A DNA stretch of 63,958 nucleotides, the filler included, from Deltaproteobacteria bacterium (lineage in GTDB: Bacteria > JAUYMQ01), in the NCBI GenBank assembly GCA_030698575.1. It is 6 parts of 6 records of this genome, joined end to end, with 100 filler letters (N's around TTAATTAATTAA, not from the genome) between each part and the next. Parts side by side here need not be neighbours in the genome. Positions count along the whole stretch, not along the records: positions 11,283 to 32,912 come from JAUYMQ010000135.1; positions 33,013 to 50,949 come from JAUYMQ010000139.1; 4 more parts are not named here. The stretch is one strand, 5' to 3'. The translations under genes were made by a program, and so were the position numbers. Below are positions 32,218 through 42,535 of this stretch, piece after piece. The notes below the pieces were generated by a model, which was not told the origin of the DNA, did not search any database, and was given only the letters and a program-made list of their open reading frames with translations. Numbering within the stretch: position 1 is the first letter of the stretch; every line of letters begins with the position of its first letter.

Positions 32218-32912
32218 CTCTCGAAGCGCCGATGTTCGACATCCGGGCCCTCGAGCCCATGCTGTTCGTCCTGGGGACGGCGCTGGTGGTGCTTGTGCTC
32301 GATCTGGCCCTGCCGCGCCGCGCGCGGGCGGCGCTGGCCATTGTGACGGTTGTCGGCCTCGTGCTCGCCATGCTCTCGAGTCTTCTTCTCTCACAGGACG
32401 CGCCGCTGCGCTTCATGACCGCCTCCCCGTCGATGCTTGTCCTGGACACCTACGCCGTCTTCTTCAATCTGATACTGCTCGCGGGCGCCATCCTCACCAT
32501 CCTGGCCTCGGTCAACTACCTCGAAGAAATGCAGGCGCACCACGGCGAGTACTACGTCCTCGTTCTGTGCGCCCTGGCCGGCATGATGACCATGGCTGGC
32601 GCCACCGATCTCGTCACCGTGTTCCTGGGGCTCGAGGTGATGAGCATTCCGATCTACGTTCTGGCGGGTTTCACACGGCGGCGGCCGCGATCGAACGAGG
32701 CGGCCCTCAAGTACTTTCTCCTCGGGTCTTTCGCGACCGGACTTCTGCTCTACGGCATCGCGCTGACCTATGGAGCCACCGGCGCGACGGATCTCGCGGC
32801 CATCCGCGCCGCCTGGGAGCCCACGCCTCTCGCCCTCGCCGGGATCGGACTCTTGCTCGCCGGTTTCGGCTTCAAGATCTCCTCCGTGCCCTTCCACATG
32901 TGGACGCCCGAC
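32214..32912 (+). CDS. nuoN: NADH-quinone oxidoreductase subunit N (3' truncated by contig end)
   Basis: LEVMSIP.Y, EAALKYF, FKISSVPFHMWTPD. Confidence 0.93.
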
Positions 32913-33012
32913 NNNNNNNNNNNNNNNNNNNNNNNNNNNNNNNNNNNNNNNNNNNNTTAATTAATTAANNNNNNNNNNNNNNNNNNNNNNNNNNNNNNNN
33001 NNNNNNNNNNNN
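32913..33012. other. artificial contig spacer
   Basis: N run with central TTAATTAATTAA. Confidence 0.98.
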
Positions 33013-33161
33013 GCCGGCAACGCCTTGAGCTGGGCGACCCGCTGATACAGCGCGTCGAGCTCAACCCGGCAGACGGCGCAGGTCGTGATGTGCTGCCGCG
33101 CCCATACCGATGCTTCTCCGGCGCGCAGCGCTCCCAGATCATCCATCGTACAGTGCATCAT
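33013..33161 (-). CDS. ZAS-type anti-sigma factor (3' truncated)
   Basis: H...HITTCAVC (HxxxCxxC), coupled to ECF sigma stop. Confidence 0.75.
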
Positions 33162-33694
33162 GCGCGTGCTTCCCCTCCTTCATCCAACAGCCGCCGCAGC
33201 CGCACATGCGCGCGGGCCAGCTGCGACTTTGAAAAGCTCACCGATTTGCCCATCTGCTCCGCGATTTCCTCGTGCGTGAAGCCTTCGACATCGTGCAGCC
33301 AGACCACGGCGCGGGACGTGTCCGACAGGTGCTCCAACGCCCGCTCCAGATCGAGATTCGCAGCGATGTGCATGCCCGGCTTCCCCGGCTCATCATCGAG
33401 CGGCGCCATGGTCCGCAGCTGCTCCCGGCGGATCTTCATCAGGGCCTTGGTCGAGGCGATCCGGCGGATCCAGCCCCACAGATGCCCTTCCCCGCGGTAT
33501 TGGCGAATGCTCCGGACGATCTCGAGGAACGTCTCCTGCAGCACGTCCTCGGCGTCCTCCGGTTTTCGCAGCATGCGCCGGGCGAGGTTGTAGACGGGCG
33601 TCTCGAAGGCGCGATACAGCGCCTCGAGAGCAGCTTCATCACCCGCCTGCGCGCGCGCGATGAGGACATCCGGAACGGCGAGAGCCACGGTCAT
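33158..33694 (-). CDS. ECF RNA polymerase sigma factor
   Basis: DAEDVLQETF, W.RRIA, VWLHDVEGFTHEEIA, SKSQLARA. Confidence 0.92.
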   Translation of the reverse strand: MTVALAVPDVLIARAQAGDEAALEALYRAFETPVYNLARRMLRKPEDAEDVLQETFLEIVRSIRQYRGEGHLWGWIRRIASTKALMKIRREQLRTMAPLDDEPGKPGMHIAANLDLERALEHLSDTSRAVVWLHDVEGFTHEEIAEQMGKSVSFSKSQLARAHVRLRRLLDEGGEARA

Positions 33695-33742
33695 CTGTCC
33701 GAAAGGTAAGATGCGATGGTAACCCGGAGGGTCGCACCAAAC

Positions 33743-33820
33743 GGGGAATGGGGAGTGGGGAATGGGACCTCATGGTGTGGACTGATCGTACGATCGTACC
33801 ACTCCCCATTCCCCATTCCC
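33743..33820. repeat. inverted heptamer arrays (GGGGAAT / ATTCCCC) forming a hairpin
   Basis: three GGGGA(A/G)T units at 33743-33766, three complementary units at 33799-33820, central GATCGTACGATC palindrome. Confidence 0.75.
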
Positions 33821-33869
33821 TAAGTAATTACCCAGTAGGAAGTTGAATGGCATCGCGATATCTTGCAGC

Positions 33870-34976
33870 ATGCCCAAACCCGACGTGCAGGAGTGGCTGC
33901 ACCATTGGCAGGACGAAGCCGACGCCGCCTACCTCTATCTCGCTTTGGCAGGTCAGGAGACGGATCCCCATAAGAAGGATGTCTACGTCAAGCTGGCGGG
34001 CGTCGAGGAGCGCCACGTCCAGATGTGGGAGAAGCTGCTGGCGGGTCACGGTCATCGTACCGGCCCCGCGCGCCCCTCCACCAATGCCCGGCTCCGGGCG
34101 TGGTTCGGGCGGCGATTCGGGACCCGCTACCTGCTGCCGCTGCTGCTGCGCGAAGAGGGCCAGGAAGTCAAAGGCTACCTCAACCTGCATCAGGCATCGC
34201 GCCTCCCTGACGCCCAGGAAGTGTCGCTGCAGCTCGCCAAGGAATCGGCGGCGCACGCGGAGACGCTGGCCGGTCTGTCGGGCCGGGGGAGCGAGCCGTG
34301 GCACAAGACGGGCTCGGGAGGGTTTCTCCGCAACGTCGTCTACGGGTTCAACGACGGGCTGACCGCCAACTTCGGGCTCGTCGCCGGCGTGATCGGCGCC
34401 GCGGTGGAGCCGCATATCATCCTGATCTCGGGCGTCGCGGGCTCGATCGCCGATGCCTTGTCGATGGGCGCCTCCGGCTACCTCGCGGCCAAGAGTGAAC
34501 AGGAAGTCAATGCGCACGAGATCGCGATGGAGAAGGAAGAAATCCGTCTGATGCCCGAGCTCGAGGTCGAAGAGCTGAACCTCGTGTATCAGGCGAAGGG
34601 GGTGGACCCCCGGACGGCGCGCCGGATGGCCGAAGAAGTGATGCGCGATCCGCAGCGGGCGCTGGACGAGCAGGTGCGCGAGGAGCTGAAGATCGGCGAG
34701 GCGCACGCGACGCCGTTCAAGGAGGGCTGGATCACGGGATCGGCGACGGCGGTCGGCGCGTTCATCCCCGTCGCGCCGTTCCTGGTGTTCGAGGGCCGCG
34801 TGGCGATGTGGATCGCGTTCACCATCGCGATGCTGTCCCACTTCGCGGTGGGAGCGGCGCGCAGCTTCTTTACCGGCCGCGGGATCCTGCGCAGCGGGTT
34901 CGACATGTTCGTGGTGGGACTGGGGGTTGCGGCCGTCGGCTACGTCGTGGGGGATGTGATCGCCCGGATCCTGTAA
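33870..34976 (+). CDS. VIT1/CCC1 family transporter with N-terminal ferritin/rubrerythrin-like domain
   Basis: E..H pairs in N-terminal part; RNVVYGFNDGL.ANF, ALSMGASGYL. Confidence 0.88.
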   Translation: MPKPDVQEWLHHWQDEADAAYLYLALAGQETDPHKKDVYVKLAGVEERHVQMWEKLLAGHGHRTGPARPSTNARLRAWFGRRFGTRYLLPLLLREEGQEVKGYLNLHQASRLPDAQEVSLQLAKESAAHAETLAGLSGRGSEPWHKTGSGGFLRNVVYGFNDGLTANFGLVAGVIGAAVEPHIILISGVAGSIADALSMGASGYLAAKSEQEVNAHEIAMEKEEIRLMPELEVEELNLVYQAKGVDPRTARRMAEEVMRDPQRALDEQVREELKIGEAHATPFKEGWITGSATAVGAFIPVAPFLVFEGRVAMWIAFTIAMLSHFAVGAARSFFTGRGILRSGFDMFVVGLGVAAVGYVVGDVIARIL

Positions 34977-34977
34977 C

Positions 34978-37377
34978 TCACACCACCAGGTTCACCAGCC
35001 GGTCCTGGACGTAGATCACCTTTTTCACCGGCTGTCCGTCCACGAACTTCCGCACCGCCCCATCGGCCATGACGCGCTCGAGCACCTGCCGCTCCGAGGT
35101 GCCGCGCGGCACGACGAGCCGCGAGCGCAGCTTCCCGTTGACCTGCACGGCGATCTCGACGTCGCCCGACGTCGCCAGGCGCTCGTCGTACGACGGCCAC
35201 CGCTGCGCGAAGATCGTCCGGCCCTCGCCCCCGAGGACGCGCCACAGCTCCTCGGCGATGTGCGGTGCATAGGGCGCGAGCATGATGATCAGTGGCTTCA
35301 TCTGCTCCCTGCTCCCCGCTCCCTGCTCCCGCAGCTCGTTCACGTACTCCATCATCGCGGCGATCGCCGTGTTGTATTGCAGCGCCTCGGTGTCCGCGGA
35401 CACTTTGCGGATCGTCTGATGGAGCTTGCGCTCGACGGCCGGCGGCGCGGCGCCGCCGTCACGGGCTTCGTGCGCGAGCGTCCAGACCTTCTCGAGAAAA
35501 CGCCGGATCCCGATGATGCCCTCGTCGCGGAAGTCTCCGCCTTCCTGAAACGGGCCGAGGAACATGAGGTACATGCGGAACGTGTCGGCGCCCCACTGCT
35601 GGATGTAGGCGTCGGGAATGACCACGTTGCCGCGCGACTTCGACATCTTCGCGCCGTCTTTCACGATCAGGCCGTGGGCGCGGAACCTGGGGAACGGCGT
35701 GTCGAAGCCCACATGCCCGAGGTCGTGGAGCACCATGGTGATGAAGCGCGAATACAACAGGTGCAGCACGGCGTGCTCGTTGCCTCCGATATAGCTGCTC
35801 ACCGGCAGCCACGTCTTGGTCCGGTTCTTGTCGAATGGCCGGTCGCCGAACTCGGTCGACGGGTAGCGGAGGAAGTACCAGGCCGAATCGAGGAACGTGT
35901 CCGACACATCGGTTTCGCGCCGCCCCTGCCCGCCGCACTCGGGACACTTCACGAAGTACCACTCCTCGTGGCGGGCGAGCGGGCTGACGCCCGTATCGTC
36001 GGGCCGGAAGTCTTCGATGAACGGCAGGACGACCGGCAGGTCTTTCTCCGGGACCGCGACGGGACCGCAGCGCTCGCAGTGGATGATGGGAATGGGCGGC
36101 CCCCAGTAGCGCTGCCGCGAGATGCACCAGTCGTGCAGACGGTATTGCACGCGCACGGCGGCGCTGCCGCGCTCGGCCAGCCACTCGACGATCCGTGTCC
36201 CTCCCTCCCGGCACGGCAGGCCGTCGAACGCGCCCGAGTGCATCAGCACCCCGTCGGCGGACACGCTGGGGAGCGACTCCCCCCCCTTCTCCCCCGCGAC
36301 GACCTGGCGGATGGGAAGCTGGAACTGGGTGGCGAACTCGTGGTCCCGCTTGTCGTGCGCCGGCACGGCCATGATCGCGCCGGTCCCGTATTCCATGAGC
36401 ACGTAATCGGCGATCCAGATGGGGATGGACTCGCCGGTCGCGGGATTGCGGGCATAGCTGCCGCTGAACACCCCCGTCTTGACCTTCTCCCCGACTTTGC
36501 GCGACACGATGTCCTTGCCCTGCACCGAGCGCAGGTAGGCCTTCACGGCGCTGCGCTGCTCGTCCGCGGTGACCGATTCCACGAGCGGATGCTCGGGTGC
36601 GAGCACGAGGTACGTGGCGCCGAACAGCGTGTCGGGCCGGGTGGTGAAGACCGTGATCTTCCGGCCGGCGGGCGTCTCGAAGACGATCTCCGCCCCCTCG
36701 CTCCGGCCGATCCAGTTGCGCTGGAGCTGCGCGGTGGAGGACGACCAATCGATCGTGTCGAGATTCGCGAGGAGGCGCTCGGCGTATTTCGTGATCGCGA
36801 AAAACCACTGCTCCAGATAGCGCTGCTCGACTTTGACGTCGGGGTGGCGCTCGCAGTAGCCGTCGATCACCTGCTCGTTGGCGAGCACGGTCTTGCAGGC
36901 CGGGCACCAGTTCACCGCGGCGCGCTTGCGCACCGCCAGCCCCGCCTTGAAGAGCTGGAGGAAAAGCCACTGCGTCCACTTGTAGTAGCCGGGATCGGTC
37001 GTCGAGACCTCGTGGCGCCAGTCGAACATGCCGCCGAACCGCTTCAGCTGGCGCCGGAACGTCTCGATGTTCTGCGGGATCAGCCGCGCGGGATGCGTGC
37101 CGACGGTGAGCGCGTAGTTCTCGGAATGGATGCCGAAGGCGTCGAATCCGATCGGCTCGAAGACGTCGAATCCCTGCAGGCGCTTGAAGCGGCCGTAGAT
37201 GTCCGCGCCGGTGAACGCGAACATGTTGCCGACGTGCAGCCCCTCGGCCGAGGGGTAGGGGAACATCATGAGGTTGTAGAACGGCCGCGCCGGCACATCG
37301 AGGTCGGGTTCGTTGGTGTGGTGATCCGCCCACTGCGCCTGCCAGCGGGCTTCGACGGCCGCGGGATCGTACGTCAT
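34978..37377 (-). CDS. leuS: leucine--tRNA ligase
   Basis: MFPYPS...HVGN (HIGH), WCISRQRYWG, KMSKS, VQVNGK. Confidence 0.97.
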   Translation of the reverse strand: MTYDPAAVEARWQAQWADHHTNEPDLDVPARPFYNLMMFPYPSAEGLHVGNMFAFTGADIYGRFKRLQGFDVFEPIGFDAFGIHSENYALTVGTHPARLIPQNIETFRRQLKRFGGMFDWRHEVSTTDPGYYKWTQWLFLQLFKAGLAVRKRAAVNWCPACKTVLANEQVIDGYCERHPDVKVEQRYLEQWFFAITKYAERLLANLDTIDWSSSTAQLQRNWIGRSEGAEIVFETPAGRKITVFTTRPDTLFGATYLVLAPEHPLVESVTADEQRSAVKAYLRSVQGKDIVSRKVGEKVKTGVFSGSYARNPATGESIPIWIADYVLMEYGTGAIMAVPAHDKRDHEFATQFQLPIRQVVAGEKGGESLPSVSADGVLMHSGAFDGLPCREGGTRIVEWLAERGSAAVRVQYRLHDWCISRQRYWGPPIPIIHCERCGPVAVPEKDLPVVLPFIEDFRPDDTGVSPLARHEEWYFVKCPECGGQGRRETDVSDTFLDSAWYFLRYPSTEFGDRPFDKNRTKTWLPVSSYIGGNEHAVLHLLYSRFITMVLHDLGHVGFDTPFPRFRAHGLIVKDGAKMSKSRGNVVIPDAYIQQWGADTFRMYLMFLGPFQEGGDFRDEGIIGIRRFLEKVWTLAHEARDGGAAPPAVERKLHQTIRKVSADTEALQYNTAIAAMMEYVNELREQGAGSREQMKPLIIMLAPYAPHIAEELWRVLGGEGRTIFAQRWPSYDERLATSGDVEIAVQVNGKLRSRLVVPRGTSERQVLERVMADGAVRKFVDGQPVKKVIYVQDRLVNLVV

Positions 37378-37445
37378 AAGTGCTTGAAACTAATCGGCCT
37401 TGCCGCGCCTTGTCAGGCTCCATACCTTTGCGCGCGACCACCCGC

Positions 37446-39563
37446 ATGGCCACAAAATCCCAGCAGCTCCGTCAGAGTTTCCTCCTTTCGGGGGCCGGCG
37501 CCGCGTTGCTGCTCGTCGGGCTGGTCGCCTGGCTCACCAGCAACCGGATCGGCCACGTCCTCGAGCAGCAGGCCCACGGCCGCGGCCGGGACGTGGCGGT
37601 GCGCGTCGCCGCCATCGTCACGCACTACCTGAACGAGCGGCGCCGCGAGATCGTGTCCCTCGCCAACATGCCCCAGCTGATCGACGCGGTGCGCCGGGCG
37701 GCCGCCGACGTCGATGCCCGCGGCCTCGACCGCCTGGACATTCCCACCCTCGAGCGGTCGTTCAGCGGCACGCGGCAGCTGGGGGGACGCGCCGACGCGC
37801 CGCTGGCCGGCTACCTCCGCGCCTACGTCACGGTGTCGGACTTCGCCGAGATCATCGTGACGGAGCGCCGCGGGCTGAACGTGCTGGCCTCGAGCCGGCC
37901 GTCGGACTTCGTGCAGCGGGACGAGGAGTGGTGGCAACGCAGCATGAGCGACGGCCTGTACGAGGGCCAGGCGCGCTACGACACCGCGGCGGGGGCGGCG
38001 GCCCTCGAATTCGACGTCGCCATCCGCGCGCCCGGCCAGGAGCGGCCCATCGGCGTGTTCCGGGCGGTGTTCGCGCTCGCCCGCCTCACCGCGCTGCTCG
38101 ATGCGGAGACGCTGAGCGGCAATGCCTACCTCGAAGTGGTCGACGGCAACGGTACCCTGCTCGTGTCGCGCGACCCGGCGCTGCTGCTGCTCTCGCTCCC
38201 CGAGCGCGAGCAGTTTCCGCTCACCGGCGAGGCCACCAGCGTGCGCACGCGGACCGCGCGCGGTGAAGAGCTGGTCATTTCCGTTCCGGCGAACCAGGGC
38301 GAGTGGCGCGTGCTCTATCGGGAGCCGACCGCCACCGCCTTCGCGGCGGCACGCGCCACGCAGCGCAGCGTCTGGCTGGGCGCGCTGCTGGTCGGCGCGG
38401 TGGCCGTCGGGGCGCTGTTCTGGCTGTCGCGGCGCCTGGGACGGCTGGTGACCGAGCCGGTGCGGGCGGCGGGCGCGATCGCCAGCCGTGTGGCGGGGGG
38501 CGATCTGTCCGTCACGGTGTCCACGCATCGAGCGGAAGCCAGTGAAGTCGCCGACCTGCTGTCGTCGATCCATTCGATGGTGGTGGCGCTGCGGCGGCTG
38601 GTGGGGGCGATCCGCACCGCGGCGGACGAGGCCGCGGCCATGGCCTCGGAGATCTCGGCGTCCACCGAGGAGATGAGCGCGTCGACCGAGGAGATGTCGG
38701 CGACCGCGCAGGACGTGTCGCGGCGCGCGGCCGAGCAGGCGCAGCTGGTGCGCGCGGCGGCCGACGATGCGGCACGCATTCTCCAGATCGCCGCGACCCT
38801 CGCGCAGGGCGCCGAGGAGGCCGCGCGGCGGAACGCCGATCTGTCCGCGCTCGCGCGAAAGCACAAGGACGTGCTCGATCAGAGCACCGCGCAGCTCGCC
38901 AAGCTGTCGGACGAGGTCGCCAAGGGCGCCGAGGAAGCCGAGGCGCTCGCCCAGGCGTCCTCGCGGATCCAGACGTTCGTGGTCCAGACCAAGGCGGTGG
39001 CGACGCAGACGAACATGCTGGCGCTGAACGCGGCCATCGAGGCGGCGCGCGCCGGGCCGCAGGGGCGGGGCTTTGCGGTCGTCGCCGACGAGGTCCGCAA
39101 GCTCGCCTCCGTCGCCGCCGCGGCTGCCGGCGAAACGTCCGACACGGTGCGCGGCGTGCTGGCGCGCGTCCAGGCGACGCGCGACCGGCTGGTGCGCCTC
39201 GCCGCAGGAGGCGCCGCGGTCCGCGAAGCGGCCCACGCGGCGGCCCAGGGTCTGGCACGCGTGGCGAGCGAAGCCGACGCCAACGACGCCTGGACGCGGG
39301 AAATCGCGCGCTCGGCGAGCGAGATGCGCGCTTTGGTGGAGGAAATCGCGAACCGGCTGGGCTCGGTAGCGGGACAGACCGATACACTGCTCGCGTCCGC
39401 CGAGGAGCTTGCCGCGTCAGGCGAGGAGCAGACGGCGTCGACGCAGGAGATCGCGTCGTCGGCGAACCAGCTGGCGGAGGCCGCCGATCGCCTCACCGGC
39501 GCCGTGAAGACGTTCCGGCTGCTGGCGGACGAGCGCCCCGACGTCCGCGAAGCGGCCGATTGA
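37446..39563 (+). CDS. methyl-accepting chemotaxis protein (Cache-HAMP-MA)
   Basis: two TM segments, [36 protein letters not shown]. Confidence 0.93.
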   Translation: MATKSQQLRQSFLLSGAGAALLLVGLVAWLTSNRIGHVLEQQAHGRGRDVAVRVAAIVTHYLNERRREIVSLANMPQLIDAVRRAAADVDARGLDRLDIPTLERSFSGTRQLGGRADAPLAGYLRAYVTVSDFAEIIVTERRGLNVLASSRPSDFVQRDEEWWQRSMSDGLYEGQARYDTAAGAAALEFDVAIRAPGQERPIGVFRAVFALARLTALLDAETLSGNAYLEVVDGNGTLLVSRDPALLLLSLPEREQFPLTGEATSVRTRTARGEELVISVPANQGEWRVLYREPTATAFAAARATQRSVWLGALLVGAVAVGALFWLSRRLGRLVTEPVRAAGAIASRVAGGDLSVTVSTHRAEASEVADLLSSIHSMVVALRRLVGAIRTAADEAAAMASEISASTEEMSASTEEMSATAQDVSRRAAEQAQLVRAAADDAARILQIAATLAQGAEEAARRNADLSALARKHKDVLDQSTAQLAKLSDEVAKGAEEAEALAQASSRIQTFVVQTKAVATQTNMLALNAAIEAARAGPQGRGFAVVADEVRKLASVAAAAAGETSDTVRGVLARVQATRDRLVRLAAGGAAVREAAHAAAQGLARVASEADANDAWTREIARSASEMRALVEEIANRLGSVAGQTDTLLASAEELAASGEEQTASTQEIASSANQLAEAADRLTGAVKTFRLLADERPDVREAAD

Positions 39564-39624
39564 CCTGAGCGCCAAGGCGCGAAGGATCTCCTTCGCTCGG
39601 GCTTTGCCCTCGCTCAGGATGACA
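39564..39624. repeat. REP-like doublet
   Basis: CCTGAGCGCCAAGGCGCGAAGGATCT followed by inverted CCTTCGC...CGCTCAGGATGACA. Confidence 0.7.
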
Positions 39625-39784
39625 TGCTCGTGCTTCGCTTTATGGAAAAGAAAAAGAAGGATGAAGGCGGCAAGAGAATGATCATGCCCTAGGTACACCT
39701 GATCGAAGGCCATAATCCTACCTGGGAAGATTTGGCCAAAACTCTCTCTTTCCCCTCCCCTCTTTGCTAAAAGCGAGCGCCGAT

Positions 39785-39820
39785 TGTCATCCTGAGCGCC
39801 GAAGGCGCGAAGGACCTGCT
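39785..39820. repeat. REP-like element
   Basis: TGTCATCCTGAGCGCCGAAGGCGCGAAGGACCTGCT, same family as 39564-39624. Confidence 0.7.
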
Positions 39821-39826
39821 TCTGAA

Positions 39827-39934
39827 CGGCGCGCGCTGCGGAGCAAGCTGCTGTTGTACCTGTCCGCCGTGGGCGGCCTGGCGGCGAGCGAGAACACGGA
39901 GCTTGCCGCGCAGTTCCGGCTGCCGCGGATGGGC
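39827..39934 (+). pseudogene. internal fragment of hypothetical gene X
   Basis: reads RRALRSKLLLYLSAVGGLAASENTELAAQFRLPRMG with host-like codons, fused directly to the 3' trailer that follows the X C-terminal fragments. Confidence 0.55.
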
Positions 39935-40000
39935 CTCACTCTCCCCAAGCCTACGCTAACGAGGCGCGGTGGGTGGATGGTCACCTGCCGCGCCTCTTGT
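39935..40000 (+). repeat. X trailer / hairpin T, copy 1
   Basis: CTCACTCTCCCCAAGCCTACGCTAAC + GAGGCGCGGTGGGTG-gatggt-CACCTGCCGCGCCTC-TTGT. Confidence 0.9.
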
Positions 40001-40001
40001 G

Positions 40002-40316
40002 CTATTTAGCACGTCCCAGAGCCTTAACGAGCGCTTCGTGAAGTTTCGGCACGGATTCAACTGCTGTCGTCCAAACCACGTCATTGTCCGTCGCCCAATA
40101 GTGATGCGCAATCCGGTCGCGCATTCGGACCATTGGTGACCACTCGATTTCCGGGAGGTCATCCTCAATAGACGGATCCGCTTCCAGTGCTGATTTGGCA
40201 GCTTCACCAATCACCACAATTTGGTAGAGGATGGCATCGCGAAGGGTCTGATCGCTATCGAAGGCTTTGCGACCGCGGTCGCATAGGTCTGAATCATCTG
40301 GGCGGCCGTTAGACAA
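40002..40316 (-). CDS. HepT/DUF86 RNase toxin (N-terminus short, possibly deleted)
   Basis: VIGEAAK, RMRDRIAHHY (Rx4HxY), D.DVVW. Confidence 0.85.
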   Translation of the reverse strand: MSNGRPDDSDLCDRGRKAFDSDQTLRDAILYQIVVIGEAAKSALEADPSIEDDLPEIEWSPMVRMRDRIAHHYWATDNDVVWTTAVESVPKLHEALVKALGRAK

Positions 40317-40602
40317 GCATCGACTCGCGCATAGCCGTCGATCTGATCGGCTCTCTGAGGCCGTTTATCGTGACGACGTCGACTGGATGACCGAGTAGTT
40401 CCTCGAGCCGCAGTTCCAATCGCGCCAAGTCCAGCAGTGATCTACCAGGCTTCAGCGAGACGAGGAAGTCTATATCGCTGCGCTCGTCTTCCTCCCCTCG
40501 GGCGACAGAGCCAAACACACGTATGTCCACAGCGCCGCTGGCGAGCGCGGTGCTTCGGATTGCTTCTCTCAGCTCCTTGAGTCGATCAAGCAACCGCATC
40601 AT
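40309..40602 (-). CDS. MNT minimal nucleotidyltransferase antitoxin
   Basis: VFGSVARGE...SDIDFLV (GSx10DxD), LEELLG.PVDVV; overlaps toxin start. Confidence 0.9.
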   Translation of the reverse strand: MMRLLDRLKELREAIRSTALASGAVDIRVFGSVARGEEDERSDIDFLVSLKPGRSLLDLARLELRLEELLGHPVDVVTINGLREPIRSTAMRESMLV

Positions 40603-40695
40603 CGTACAAAAGTACTAGTATTTTGCTGCGTGACAAATGGTTCTCATGTCGAAGAGCGAACCAGAGTCGGGTAGTGAGACGCCCAGGGCCGCGTA

Positions 40696-40760
40696 GTCCT
40701 CACCCCCTGGTGATGGAGCGAGGCGCGGTGGGTGGATGGTTCGCCTGCCGCGCCTCTTGT
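40696..40760 (+). repeat. hairpin T, copy 2, preceded by GTCCTCACCCCCTG from the X 3' end
   Basis: GAGGCGCGGTGGGTGGATGGTTCGCCTGCCGCGCCTCTTGT at 40720-40760. Confidence 0.85.
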
Positions 40761-40800
40761 TGTTGTTGGTGGGGGTGCAGGTTGTCGGATCGGTGATCCG

Positions 40801-40845
40801 TGCGCTGAAGCGCCGGCTCGGCGAGAGCGCGCGTCCTGAAGGACG
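40801..40845 (+). repeat. repeat B, copy 1
   Basis: TGCGCTGAAGCGCCGGCTCGGCGAGAGCG identical to 44771-44799. Confidence 0.9.
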
Positions 40846-40947
40846 CAGCAAAACCGACGCTGTTGCCTCGGATCATCCCGCCGCGGCTGTGATCTCCGGC
40901 TGGATCAAACAGCACACGACAACGGCGCAGCAGGGGAATCTGTTTGC

Positions 40948-41703
40948 CTAGGCTTCGGCGGCCAGCGCAACCGGGTAGTTGCTCCATTCGCGACCTTCGA
41001 GCAGTCGCCCGCCCGATCGAGCCGTCCGGCCGCCCCATTGCTTCCAGAAAAATGCCACGCCCTTACGGACGCACAGATCTCTGAGCTCGCGAGCCCAGGC
41101 CGGATCGCAGGCGCGGTGGGTCGCGCCGCTCTCGCCGCCACCGATAACCCAGTCGATTCCGTCGAGGTCGAGACCATCGAGCGAGCCGAGGAGCGGCTCC
41201 GCGCTGATAAAACGGACGGCAGCCGGGATGAGGCGCAGCGCGTCTGCCCGCGAGGCGACATTCATGTCTTCGATGGACGTCCCAATCCAGATGTTCTCGT
41301 TCCACGTCAGACGATCGGCCAAGCGCAGGGCGCGCTCAGGCCGTTTGGTGAGCACCTGGAACTGATGCCAGTGTGCACGGTTCATGACGTCGAACACGCG
41401 TTGAATCAGATCGAGCGAGAAATGCGCGTGAAACACGTCGGACATGCTGTTGACGAACACTCGGCGCGGTTCCGGCCAGCGCAGGGGTTGATCGAGGCGC
41501 GCAGGCCAGAAGCGCGGAGCGAACGGGTCGGCGCGGTTGGCTGCCGTGTTCTTGAGTGGAGTGCCACGTAGATAGACGTCGCGGACTTTCGTGTGCGCCA
41601 GCGACAGTGCGTAGCAATTGTCGCAGCCGCGCGAAATCTTTGTGCACCCCGTCATGGGATTCCACGTCGCGTCCGTCCACTGAATGCCGGTTTTCAGTCC
41701 CAT
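40948..41703 (-). CDS. DUF5131 / phage Gp37-Gp68 family three-Cys protein
   Basis: IQWTDATWNP.TGCTKIS.GCDNCYA, FVNSMSD.FH, LTKRP, WVIGGGESG, FFWKQWGG. Confidence 0.93.
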   Translation of the reverse strand: MGLKTGIQWTDATWNPMTGCTKISRGCDNCYALSLAHTKVRDVYLRGTPLKNTAANRADPFAPRFWPARLDQPLRWPEPRRVFVNSMSDVFHAHFSLDLIQRVFDVMNRAHWHQFQVLTKRPERALRLADRLTWNENIWIGTSIEDMNVASRADALRLIPAAVRFISAEPLLGSLDGLDLDGIDWVIGGGESGATHRACDPAWARELRDLCVRKGVAFFWKQWGGRTARSGGRLLEGREWSNYPVALAAEA

Positions 41704-41888
41704 GGGACGCTCGAAGTTGCGAGTGGACGGCTACCGAATAGACACCGAAGATACGCCCAGAATACAATGGTCTACAAGCGTAGCTGTGTACAGCAGAACC
41801 TGCGCTTCGTTGGGCTGCAAACTCAACGAATGAGGGAACAGCAAGGTCGACGACGGATTTAGGCCACGCGTGCCGGCCGGCGCGAGCA

Positions 41889-42235
41889 CCCTTCGCTGCG
41901 CTCAGGGCAGGTCGTGGGTGCGAGCGCCGATCTGCGGGCCGTGATGGCCGAGATCTCGGAGCAGGTGAAGGTGCTGGACGGGATCGTGCGCTATCGGTTC
42001 GGGGACAATGCCGAGCTGATGGGGGCGTGGGCCAGCGCGCACAGTGTGGTGGGGGCGTTCCGGTCTCAGGCGTCCTCACCCCCTGACCCCCTCTCCGTTC
42101 CGGAGAGGGGGAACGAAGGGCCGGGCATCGTGAAGCCGGCGGCGTAGGCTCACTCTCCCCAAGCCTACGCTAACGAGGCGCGGTGGGTGGAAGGTCATCC
42201 ATCGCGCCTTTCCTTTCCGAAGCAGATCCTTCGCT
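41889..42235 (+). repeat. long module copy: REP-like + X C-terminal fragment (41914-42147) + trailer/hairpin T copy 3
   Basis: near-identical to 44825-45175; encodes GASADLRAVMAEISEQVKVLDGIVRYRFGDNAELMGAWASA...KPAA*. Confidence 0.92.
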
Positions 42236-42535
42236 CCGCGCGCGTTCCACAAGAAGCCTAAAGGTGAGTTTGCTGGTCCGTGAGGAGGCGGTCGTGCTGA
42301 TCCCTGCGACTGGCGACTCAGGCGCGGCTGTCGCGCCTTCGATCCGGCATGTGGCTATCGGCGTGCACCATGAAGCAGAGGATTGCAGTGGAATTGCCGC
42401 AAATCCACCCCTTCGTGCCGCAAAAACACCCTAACGCTGTCACGTGGCGGCCCCATCTTCGCAGCTGGAGCTGCGAGGTCCGGGTCGTTTAACACCTGTA
42501 GTGGGCCTTCACTTCCGGGAACGGACGAGATCCGC

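Noticed and set aside
35260-37632. 790-aa plus-strand ORF and many other long overlapping ORFs in the track
   Set aside because: Antisense or alternate-frame shadows of real genes (here leuS), expected at high GC; no motifs or RBS support.
39625-39784. AT-rich stretch between REP-like elements as a small gene
   Set aside because: The only ORF runs into the REP and MCP antisense and has no recognisable motif; at most a cargo remnant.
42383-42535. N-terminal extension of the S8 ORF from the TTG at 42383
   Set aside because: It reads as non-coding; ATG 42536 (MLPDGLPHLRI) is a more typical start for the family.
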